This document shows, in pieces, positions 11,501-23,900 of a DNA stretch of 64,000 nt. The DNA lies in assembly GCF_964204645.1 (NCBI RefSeq), contig NC_134026.1:25702150-25766149 (forward strand), written 5' to 3'. How positions within the stretch are numbered: position 1 is the stretch's first letter; every line of letters starts with the position of its first letter. The notes below the pieces were generated by a model that ran no database searches, was not told where the DNA came from, and saw only the letters and a list, made by a program, of their open reading frames with translations. Origin of the DNA: Tubulanus polymorphus. Lineage: Eukaryota > Animalia > Nemertea. A program made the translations under genes and the position numbers.

Positions 11501-14500
11501 CCTTCATGTGCCCTATACGTCATTGACTATGTATATATCGAACAATCAAGCAGATAGAGATTCAGCCACAGCTTACAGTAAGTATCAGCAATTAGAACCC
11601 CACCCTTTCATAAACAAGCATATTAATAGCGATAGAAACACAATGATCCTATCTCAGATGGAGTCAAAACATTCGAGAATATTATGATATTTTTGGTGCT
11701 GTGCATTTTCAGTTGTGGGATATATGCAATACTCTTTGTTTTTATCAATGTTTACCTATGATTTATCGAATCACAGAGTTATGGAATTAATGCTTTGAAT
11801 TTGTTGCAAAATGAGAAGCTTGGTAATCTTAAACCAGGCAGGGTACATGCCTGACTCTATATGTTAAGTGACACCCTTTATATGAATAGCAAGTGAATCA
11901 ATTTCTTCATTGTATCTGACACTTGTTTGTCTTCAGTATATGTATATCTTTCTGAAGATATCAATACCATATTGGAACCACAGCACGTGTTCAGATATCA
12001 TGGGATCAAATACGGTGTGGGATCACATGGTTTTCAGTCTTTAGTATTACCATATGTTCGATATTGCCCTTAGTACATGACCTGTAAATACTGTATTTAA
12101 ATATACATTGAAGTGGGAAAAATGAAAAACCATTGTTCTACCACAGATTCCCCCTTTCCTATCATAACAAATGTCTTATGAAATATGAAATTACAGGAAT
12201 GATTGCTGAACTATGTGGGCTGTTATTGTCAGTGGCAGTGCAAGGTGCTTTCGTTGACAAGTATAAAGTAGATGATGGTTGTGGTTCTACTAATGCAAGT
12301 GTTGCAGTTGCAGCTACTATATCACCTCTAGCTCTAGAGCAAGGGGTAAGCAACTTTTTTGTCTAACAATAAAGTAACTGCAAATCACCCGAATAGCGTT
12401 GAGACCGATTTATGTTCAATTGGCTCAGATCCAGTAAATAGTAAACAGTGTTGTGAGAACAAAGTTTCTTTACGGAATTTCCAATATGGTGACTAAGTTA
12501 GACACCCAACAATAATTATAGCGTACTATAAAATCACACCATTCTTTGTACGACTAGGTTTGGAGTTCAGTTGTGTCTTTATGATTTAATAATGACAAGA
12601 TGTTTCCCTTGCTGGCAGTTTGCCAGTAGATCTTGCCAAGTGATATTTTGTTTTTACAAAACTGTTTAGCATGAAAAAATAATCAATTGCAGTAAATATT
12701 TATTCATATTTTATGAATATGCAAATCTTATTTTGTATAAAAACTAGAGAAACAATGATAACAGTGCATCAATAATGTCAACGATTGAGAAACACCTGTT
12801 CATAAAATCTGAACATATTGTATTTACCTCTGAAATATAGTATCTGTCAAGTATCGGCTAATTCTACAGAGTTTGTATATAGCCTACGAGTGAATGGTTT
12901 TCCTGAGTCTCAGTACTTGTAATACATCTTATTAGTCCCGAGAATAGATAAACAAAAGTTACATGTGCTGCCTGCTAATATATTAACATGGTTTAAAAGC
13001 TTATAGGATTCCACATTGAAAGATACGTAAACCGTGGTAGTCACAGTTATTAGACTTAAATTGTATGTTTATTGTCATTATTTGTAGAGAAAGGCGTATC
13101 TCTATGCAGCTGGGACTATATCTGCAATTTTTCTCGCATGTGTTCTAACCGTGTTTTTCGGTACAAAAGAAAGATCAGGTAGGTTTTTAAGTTAGAATTC
13201 GAGCCAAATTTGCTTTTTATTACCAACGTTATGAGGAAATTTGAGAGAAATCTATTGTGTTTTCAGATGTTGTAGCTAACAAACGTGAACCATTTCTACC
13301 GAGTGTAAAAATGGTATTTAAACATGGACCATACGTGAAGCTAACATTAGCTTTCTTATTCGTTTCACTCGCAGTTCAGGTATGTATTACGATACGAGAA
13401 TAAACGCTCTACATAGATTCTTCAACCGCCGTCTGTGTTATTGTTTTGGTAACCACTTTTTTTGTAGATTGTGCAAGGAAATTTGGCTCTTTACGTCACA
13501 CATTCCCTCCACATGGAACAACATCTAAGTTTGAGTCTTTTAGTATTAATTGTAAGTTTTGGAGAGGTTCTATTAAAATGTATTGTATGTAGAAGTGTGT
13601 TAACTGAGTACGACTTCTATGTTTTGTTTTATACAGGCTGTAGCTATTTTAGCTATGCCATTGTGGCAGTTTTGCTTACTGAAGATTGGCAAGAAAACTA
13701 CTTTTGCCATCGGAATGATTGTAAGTGCTTACAAAGTTGAAATCGTTCTTCATTTTCGTTCTTAAATTATTTGATCAAGATTTCATCCCTTTCTTTCAGA
13801 TCATGATTCCTGACTTATTTGCTCAACTTTATATGCCTGGAAATGTTATTGGTGTTTATGTTAGTATGGTAATAGCTGGACTCGGTATTTCAGTTGCCTT
13901 CTTATTACCCTGGTACGTTCAACTGACTAAATGTTGATTGTGAGATGTAGATGCTTCATGGACTATATCATCCGGACTAGTTCATGCTGTAGTCATAGTA
14001 GTTAAGAATGTTATTTCTTTACCTAAAGGTCTATGTTACCCGATGTAATTGATGATTTCTCGCTGAAAACGGGACAACGTAAAGAAGCTATTTTCTACTC
14101 GATGTACGTTTTCTTCAACAAGCTGGCTGTGGGTGTTTCTCTTGGTTTATCGCAGCTTGCCTTAGCGTAAGTATATTACGAAAAATTATTATTGCACATA
14201 TATGCCTAAATTATTGTAATCAACCTGTATGATTAAACTATTATTATTGCACATATATGCCTAAATTATTGTAATCAACCTGTATGATTAAACTTTTGTT
14301 TTTCTATGCTGTATTTCAGTTTGGCTGGTTATCAAACCGGGGCCTGTAATCAACCTTCTTCAGTTGCCTTAACACTGAGAATGTTACTATCACCATTCCC
14401 TATAGTGTGTATACTTATTAGCTTATTATTTCTATGGCGCTATCCGATTAACGAAGATCGACGAAAATACGTCCAAGCTCAATTAGAACAAAGGAGGTAA

Positions 14501-14717
14501 GTTTCATCAGGATCTCTCGGTGTAGACTATGCTGAATAATAGAAACGGATATTGACATGAAACTGATTTTTCCAGAGCTGAAGCTGCTGAGCGAGCATCG
14601 AAGGGTAGAGCAAGTAATGGTACCGGAACTTCATCGTCATCAACAACTGAGATCTCCGAAATTGCGGAAAATTATCCGACAAGTCGTGAACAGCTTGTAT
14701 GCACTGTAACTGTATAG
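8583..14717 (+). CDS. MFSD2A: MFSD2A/B-like sodium-dependent lysolipid MFS transporter, 14 coding exons
   Basis: [68 protein letters not shown] and YPINEDRR. A long AT-rich 3' UTR runs to an AATAAA near 17205. Confidence 0.92.
14185..14294. repeat. Exact 55-bp tandem duplication in an MFSD2 intron
   Basis: attattattgcacatatatgcctaaattattgtaatcaacctgtatgattaaact occurs at 14185-14239 and 14240-14294. Confidence 0.95.
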
Positions 14718-17673
14718 AAACTGGAGTAACAAAGTTTGCTGCTGATGTGTAGAGCTATGACAATTCACTGACCGTTAATGGTAAACTAGTAGTGTGTTAG
14801 ATTGATACTTTCATGCCTTTATTTACCGCTAATATAGGTATTGTCTATGTGTAGGCAGTCTCCTTAGCACGGGTTGGTCTTCAAGAACTATTTAGATCGC
14901 TGGCAGTGTCTATAATATGGTTGACTTTTCGGCAGGATTTTCTTGTTGTACATTGGTTACTGATACTATTGTACATCGGTATTCAATAATGCCATTCACC
15001 TTGAATTTATACTCCCGAGACATATCCACCATAGAGACTTGTATGTCTATAAATAAAAAGTTTGTGAACTTCTAGTCCATACTGAAATGGTCTGATTTCT
15101 GGATGATATTTCAAATTTCTATCATTCAATTTGCATCTGATTCAAAAAGGACTTTACATGATCTGTCTAAAAAAGTTCATTTTTAGTTTTCCACTGGTTT
15201 ATTGTATATTTGCCATCACTTCATAGAACATCTAATGGACGAGCTTTTCAACATCGCTTTTTGAAGAAATTTATCTTATAAACATTCCTATAATGAAGAT
15301 GAATATGGAAATTATTGCTAGTGTTAATTGCATAATCAACTGTTAAGTCTCTGTTACAGTATAATCATTCAGTTGCATATGAATTGGAGCAGTATGCATT
15401 TAATGTAGAAATGAAATTCTGTAGATATGGAAGTGTATAATTTATTACATGTACTAGTTTGTATATATATATAGATGTACATAACTGCCTTGTCAATGCA
15501 ATATCATGGGAATATTTCATAAGGAGAGAACATGATGCTATTTTTGTTTGATGAATTTCGCATGTTGTATTTGTGTAATGTCTTGGTGAGTGAGTCGAAT
15601 GATATTTCAACTTCTGTGATATGTATATTTTCATGTTGATGAAGCGACTATTTGAAATCAGATGTGGACAGTTTTATCTCATAGAAATCTGTATAAGGAA
15701 CCTCATTCTGAGCACCTTTGTAAACCATCGTATTTCCTGCCTCTAACTAATTTATTTATTCGTAACATCTTAGTGAGGCAGCTATCACTGAAAAATGATA
15801 AGTTACTTTTTCATATCAACATGTTGTTAATGATGATAAGCACTGCCCTCCTGTAAAAGGAATTTAAGTCAATTATGCTATTTGTTTATACTACTTATTA
15901 ATGAAAAGAAGTATTGATTTGAATTGATCTCCAGGAACTATTAACGTCACAAGTCGTCATCTATTGTAATAATGCTATTAACGATTGAGAAGCATTGAAG
16001 TTGATAAATCATAAACATCATGAGTAAATCAGGGAGCAATTTAACATCTTATTGACTCTAATCTGTAAATGATATCAGGTTTTGACAATTGTGAGTATTA
16101 ATGATTCTATTGTAATATATGTATTACTAATGCCGATAGATGTTATACGTGTGTAAATTATCTAGGGGCTGCTTTTTTGTAGATATCCACGTTTCTTGAC
16201 GATTGGTTTCTTCCCTGCAGTATGCGATGTCATTGTTAACCTTCCATCTCCTCTAGTTCTGTTTACATGTATTTCAATCATTAATTGTTTTAAACGTAAT
16301 GTGACTGACAAACGATGAAATGTGCTGAATCTGTAACCAGTGATTTCTGTAATGTCATGAAGAATGCATTTCAATTTTTTAAAACCAGTCAGGTTTTCAT
16401 ATACACAGCTTTCTTCGGTAAGGCATTTTGTATTATACATGTACTTCCTCATCTTGGCCACAGCTGGGTGTTTTTATCGATACATGGCAGGTAATCTGTG
16501 TAGCAATTGATCATGATTTGGTTGTTTCACTGATTGTAACTTCTATATAATTAGCAATTAAGACTTTTTCGTTTTTGATCAACAACAAAATTATATCTAG
16601 TTATTAGTCAGTTATTGTTCTTTAATGTTGAATAACAAAGGACATGGAATGAACAATGAATATGTTCTTTTGGGTTCAACTAGAACTAGAAATCTAGTGT
16701 TTTTCCACTGCCTTTGCTTTTCAATTCTACACACTAATGAATTGAAAGAAATTTGCGCCTGTTTTAAAAACCAATAAACTTGGCTACCACTTTGTCATTC
16801 TTTCTGATACACAATAATTCAGGCTTCCTACAGATTTTGAATGGGTCGATTCATCCAGTTCAAATAAATGGGCAAAGTTCTACTGAGGAAGTGATGTGCC
16901 TGAATCATGTGTCTCTAGTGCAATGTGAATTGTAACATGGAATATACAAATTTAGCAATTACGTGTATTTTTGTTTTTCAAATATTTATATAAAAGTTAA
17001 TTGAAAAAAGATTATAAATGCAGTGCATTCCAATTATTCATGTGCTTGCTCGGATTCACATTGTAATGATATGACTACAATAAGAGCTGATTGTAGAGGA
17101 TTATTATTTGTAAAACCTGTTTTGTAAATTTGAAAACTTTACTTAGTAATTTATTTTAGTTGATATGAGAGTGTGTTGCTTCACTGTAAATTATTTAAAG
17201 GTAAAATAAAATGTTTTTGTAACTAACGGGATAAAATGATGTCCTTTTTGTATGTTTGTGAAGCGTTCTTTGACTGATTCAGACGCACTCTGAGGCAGAT
17301 CTATGATAGGTTACTTGGAAGCAGAAGGTTACTAGGGATTAAGGATCAATCACCATCATCAGGAGCATAGACCAACTTCCAGGCTCCTAGTGGAGCCTGA
17401 CCCGCGCTAGTGGTCATGTTGACCAACCCAATATTTCTGCGGTTCAAAACGCCGCCATTTTTCCCGACACCACTTCCTTTCCGAATTCCGTGCCGTACTG
17501 CTAATTCAAGTAGAGCTATAACCGGAGATTTCCTTTGAACCCAAGGTCGTTGGCGATGGGGAGTTTTTCATTTTCTGAATATAAATTTACCAAATGATAC
17601 TCACGAACTGGTTTTTCTGAATACGGTGCGCCTGTGAAACTTTTTTGAAATGTGCCAGATTTAAGTTGTTGTT

Positions 17674-19423
17674 ATGGCTGAATTTGGAGCTCACATTACG
17701 AGTAGTAGAAGCTCGGTTACTTCAAAACCATCGATATTTGAGGTTTTAGCTCAAGAAAATCTGACAGCTGCTTTGCGACCAGCTATAAAACACGTATTAA
17801 AGGTATATTCTTTTGACTCACTTGATTTGCAAAATTGCCCTCATGGAAGTTACGCTTACCAGTCGGTAATTCATAAAATATGCAGCCAGGACCACAGGTC
17901 ACGGGCAAAGTAAAAAAATCATCATCTGCTCTATAATATTGACGTAATACTTTCCTCTGATTTACACTACAGGTTTTAGCTGATAAGAATCCAGCAAGAT
18001 TCCTAAACCTATATCGTTTTGCAGATGAGATTCATCTATTTATCAATATCATTCTTGAGCATGTATACCTTAAAAAGTTTGGTAAGTTAGGGTCGAGGGA
18101 AAATATAAACGAATTAAGCTTACAATTGTAACATATTTCATATATACATTTTAGGTGCTTCATTTGCTGAAGAATTCTATAGTTTGAGGCGGGAGACAAA
18201 GTTAACTCAATCACAAACTCAGCCCTCAGTGCTTCCTACGAACACCAGGATTAAATCACTGATATTTTTGGTATGTTTGTCGTTGGAGCGATAATCTTGA
18301 CAAAATGAATACTCTAAGGTTTATCAGAGGTACTCAGGGTTCTACATGGCATTACTTACAATATTAAGTTTTATACTTTATATTCTGTTTTGACTTAGGC
18401 TGTGTTCCCTTACCTGAAGATGAAATGCAATAATCTGTATGAAAGACTGCTATATGAAACACAAAACCTCAATCAACAGATTGGGAATAAAGTAAGATGT
18501 CGGCTTTCATTACTTTATAACGTCCTGATTTGATAGTATAGCATCTAAATTGACTCTTCTAATTTCAGAGTTTACATAAGAAACTTTGCCTAGCTTATGT
18601 ATCTGTATACCCATACATTCACAGCCTGTTTGAAGCCAGCATGTTCATCTGCCAGCTTCTGTACATTTTTGGAAAACTTGATTATCATTCATTGTTCTTG
18701 CCACTGGCCGGCGTTCGCCTAGTTTGGCAGAAACCCAAAATGAATAATGAAATGGATCAAGTTAAACATAATGAAACTGCAGTAGGGTAAGAAATCTTCA
18801 ATTTTATTTATACCAACAGTTAATTTCTCTTGATTTATCAAATCACATGCATTTCTCAGTGAAAGGAAACTCATTTATTTCAGACTTGTTAAACGAATGC
18901 TGTCAATATTGTCTAATTGTAAGGATCTATTGATAACTCTGATTACAAATTCACTAACTACAAGTGTATTTTTTCTGCAATTCCTTGAATGGTGGTATAA
19001 TAGTGATAAAGTTCATAATATAGCTGCGTTACCGATCCCACCTGCACCTAATAAGGTAAGGCTTCAATATTATCTATATATACTAACAGTGATCTATTTC
19101 TGTAAATGAAGAACATGAGAAAATTTTCATTGAAGGATGAATACCTGAAAGATATTCCAAATACCAACTGTCCTCTATGCCATCGAACAAGAACAAATGA
19201 TACTGCGCTCACTGTATCTGGGTAAGTATCTAGCTATACACTGACACATACACATTCCTTGGTTGAAATTGATTCGTAAAATCTTTTCATTAATTGTTCT
19301 TTCAGATACGTTTTTTGCTATCCATGTATTTACAAGTATGTGTCCTCTCACCACAGATGTCCTGTCACTAATTATCCAGCCACTGCCAAAAGCTTGATCC
19401 GTTTATACAAAGATGGATTGTGA
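17674..19423 (+). CDS. PEX12: Peroxisome assembly protein 12
   Basis: MAEFGAH, PSIFEVLAQE, FAEEFYSLRR, FFLQFLEWWY and the C-terminal RING [26 protein letters not shown]...CPVT. Confidence 0.95.
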
Positions 19424-19934
19424 TACACCTATATGATGTTATTCTAGTCAGGTCTTAATAAATAGTTTATTTCTATTGAAAATAAATAAATATGGCTATT
19501 TTTCTGTGTACCGATTGGAGTACCAATCCTGGGTTCACTAAGAAAACATTCCTTTAGATTGAAAAAAGAACCATCTACAGCTGAACTTGCATTCATTCCA
19601 GATAACTGAACAAATTCATTTTCATAGGCATTACATATATTTTTATATCAATTTAGATTTACAAGAAAATAAGCAAATAAAAATCGCTGCGTTACCCTAA
19701 ATGAACCCTCAATATGATTTCCCATATATGGCAACTGAACAATAGTCGCTAAATAAAAATTACATGTTAGTTAATTTTGATACATGGATGAGAAAAACTG
19801 ACTTCAACTTCAAACATTACTGGCCACAATGATAAACGTTAATTCAAATTGGCAGCGCATGTAACATTCAGAGATCAGGAGATTATTTCAGGCGTGACTG
19901 GTAGACTGATATTAATCTCAGTATTTCAGAGTAA

Positions 19935-20073
19935 ATGAGCAAAACCCACAGTTCATGATTTATTCTGACAGTTTCAAAGTTTTGACTAAACTTCATCATC
20001 ATCTGCTGTTTCTCTGATGATGAAGTTTATTCAAAACTTGAAACTGTTTTATCATCAACTGTGCTTTGCTCAT
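19935..20073. repeat. Long imperfect inverted repeat (hairpin) downstream of ANKFY1
   Basis: Core arms 19968-20001 and 20015-20047 (33 bp, one bulge, one mismatch, 13-nt loop). Pairing extends outward to atgagcaaa/tttgctcat. Confidence 0.85.
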
Positions 20074-20934
20074 ATCAGATATCAGGCGTACTGGTATGAG
20101 AAAATCGATTTTGCATGTATGATGGAGAAGAGGCATGTGTATTTAATGCAGCAGTACCGGTACTTCAAATACAACGCAACATACCTTATTCCAGTACATA
20201 TATCTTTTCATGATCATTTGCTGGTAAGAATAATTTCACATAAAACTTAACTAAAGGTACCTTTTGAGACAAAACTACTCCCAGGTTGTTACTGAATAGA
20301 ATGATTTATGGGTCATGAAGAAACAATATCATGTATAATGCTCATTGCGATTTATATATTCATGCATCGATTATATTCATAAAAGTTAAATATGAATTTT
20401 CAATAGATGAATTACTTAAAATGATGCAATAGATAGCCTGAATGATTTATTTCTTAATACAAAGCCTAGAACAGAACAGGAACAGCAGAATACAATGATG
20501 AACTTTGTTCTACAGAAACCTACTACATCAATGGACTACATCAAGCTGACATGAACGTTCTGCCTTTTTTTTCTAGGATTAAGTTCACAATAAGACTTAA
20601 TTCAACATACTTATATGCGTATACAAATGAAATGAAATCTAAGGACATGATTTTGCATGAAAATACATACGGTAATTCAAAAAGCTCTTAAGTCTTAATT
20701 AAAAACAACTTATACACAATTTTTAAAAATGTACTCTTGCTTGCTGGTGGGAAACTGATTTTCTTCAATTTCAAAAACTTTCAATGGACATGAATCCCTC
20801 TTAACATATCGTATATTGCGTTTAACATCGAATATCAACCACTCATGAACATGGAAAATAGTTATGACTGATAGAAAACCTTCATTTAGCTCCGAAAACC
20901 TGCGACAACAAACAACTCCATTTCTTGTCAGCGT

Positions 20935-23900
20935 TCAGGTGAATGATGTTCCCATTGTGATCACATCAAAACAGATCTCACAAACACGTACAGGTTTAGT
21001 CAAGTTAAATTTCACTATAGGAATGTCTTTATCAGAACATTTTGAACACAGGACTCGACCACAATGACGACTGAAACCAGAATGGTAATATATCATAAGA
21101 ACTTTTAAAACGAATTTTGTGTACAAAAAAGATGTAACAAACTAATGGCCTTATGACTTACCAGTGATGCTTTCTTGTCTTAATCGTAAATTTAGTTGTG
21201 CATTCTAAACAAACATCGCTATCTGTCCATGGAGGTTCCTTAGACAGCATATCTACAGATGTGGAAATTAAGACAAAATAAAATTCGATATATAGAGTTT
21301 TTGGTGGTAACGTTAAGTGCACAGAAAAACGTCATCTTACCCAATAATTTGAAAAGAAGTTGCTTAGTAGGGACTTGAAAGTTGAAAAGGGTGACTCCAT
21401 ATTTATTCATTCCACCGAAAGAGGCTCCAGCTCTCACAACAGCACGGCATAAATTTGAGTTTCCATTCATATACGCCAACAACAATACTGAAATGATTAA
21501 TCTATTAGTCAAATGATACATTTTATATAAACTATAGAAGAGATAAACAATGCTAATAATTTTTTACTTGTATTTCCCTCCGAGTCTGGATTATCTACTG
21601 GATATTCAGGCATACATTCTCTGAACAGTTCAAAGATTGCAGCTGCGCTCTCCTTTCCGTACTGACCAAGTGTGTGCATCGGTGTTTGGCCCCTGATGAC
21701 GAGAAAGATACCAGTACAAACATCAATGTTAATCCAATACTGAGACCACACAGATTATTACATACTTGATATTTGAAGCCTCAGCATTTATCCGGGATTC
21801 TGTGAGCAGAACACGTACTGTATTAATGAAACCATTCTGTACAGCAACATGTAAAGCTGCAAAAGAAAGGTCGATGTAGGAGCTTCCAAGAATTTCCAAG
21901 AGAACAAATTATATAGAATTCTGGTCAGATATATACCATTATTGAGGCTTTCATCAATGGCATCATAGTCCACATTATTCTCCAACAGTACACTGCCAAT
22001 ATTAGCTTGGTCAGATTGAGCAGCCAGATGCAAGGCAGTTTGTTTAAGTACTGTCTTTGCATTTACCTGAGCTCCAGCAAGAAGCTAAAATGAATTATAT
22101 TTTGGTCATATCAGAATAGATGTGCAAAAACAGGAACTGGTTGAAATCGAAGCTACTGATCGTCATTAAGCATACCAAATTCCGAACAATGATTTCAGAA
22201 CCAGCAATGACTGCCAAATGCAATGGGGTTAATTGATGAGAATCTTGAACACGTGAATTGATATTGGCTTGAACACCGATCAAGAATAAAACACTCTCTA
22301 TGTCTGACTTTTGGATGGCAATATGTAAGAAATTTCGTCCTTTATTGTCGACCTGTAAATTGTAAATTGTAAATTCATCATAATGGTGGTTTTCATTGAA
22401 TACAAGAACGTTTCGCGTTTCAATGAAATTGAATTATGACCTGTTCAGCCGCAGTCGGTTCTCTATCCAGTATACTTTGAGCAGCTTTATTGTTCTTAGT
22501 CATCATTGCCGCTGCGAATGGTGTCAAGCCTTGTTTGTCACGTACGCTGAGATTCAACGCCGGGTGCGACATTAATAACTGTATAATCACCGAATGTTGA
22601 TTCATGATTGCAACGTGAATAGGAGCATTACCATCGGCATCCTGAGCATTCACATCACCATTGTGTTCAACTAGTGCTTGTACAATACATTCCAGCCCCC
22701 AGGAACTGGCTAAATGAAGTGGAGCCTGCTTATCCCTTAAATAAAAGTGATTCCAATGTTTTCGCTAATTTCAATTAAGTATATCAGATGATAAATGATG
22801 CTCTCTGTAAAACTACAAACCTTGCTTCATCTTCACCTTCACCATTAGGACCCGGACGGCGAGGAGAATTCACATCACACCCACTAAACAACATAACAAA
22901 CTAATTAAAATATGTCACTTGTTTCATAACATCTATCATTTCTAATTCATATACTAATGTACCAACCTTCTAATGAGAAAAACACCAACAGCTTCATTGC
23001 TTTCATCGATAGCTCTGTGCAATAATGTTTGTAAACAACCACTTGGACCAGATCCCCACATATCACAATCACATCCGTGTCGAACCTACCGGTACATTGA
23101 TATTAACATCAACTATCTAATCTATGAACTGTATATCAAACATAGAATAGAAATCAAGGAGTTCTCGCAAGAAAACCTACAAGAGTTGACGCAACATCTT
23201 CTTGACCAGTTTCCAATGCTAACCACAATGGACAATCACCAGATTCATCAAATACATTCATCGCTGCTCCCTGACTGCACAAAGCATCAACAACCACTGG
23301 AAGATGACGCTTAATAGCTAACTGTAATGGTGTTTCATTATCTTGTGTTCTAAGAAAATATACATACACGTACTTAGAGATACATGGATGAAATATCACT
23401 TAAAATGTGTTACCATTCCCTTATCATACCATACCTCACATTAATATCAGCTTGACGTTCTAACAAGAATAAAGTACTTGCGGTGTCTTGTTTTAATATG
23501 GCTTGATGTAACAGAGTAAACCCTTCAGAATTACGGTCATTAACACTAGCACCGCCTGTAAGTAGCTGTGTAGCTACACCATGTAATCCACTCCACAATG
23601 CCAGACCGAATGCTGTATTTTCTTGCGAATCTTTCAAGTTGAAATTTGGTATGATTAACATGGCGTCTTGTGCTTTCGTCACCATTTCTATGAGAGACAG
23701 AGAGATATGAGTATGAACAATAAGTCAAACTGATTAACTGAACTCAGTCAAGACACAAACCTTTTCGACGCAGGAACACATTAACGCACTCCTCATGTCT
23801 ATTTGCAATAGCGATGTGTATCGGAGTTTGTTGCGAAATTCCTGGCTCATCCTCACCAAAAGGATTAGAATCAGATGGTCCATCTAATGGAGCCCTCGTT

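Noticed and set aside
14718-17210. Short ORFs at 15365-15634, 15662-15856 and 16162-16461
   Set aside because: AT-rich 3' UTR-like sequence of MFSD2 with no motifs or consistent splice chain.
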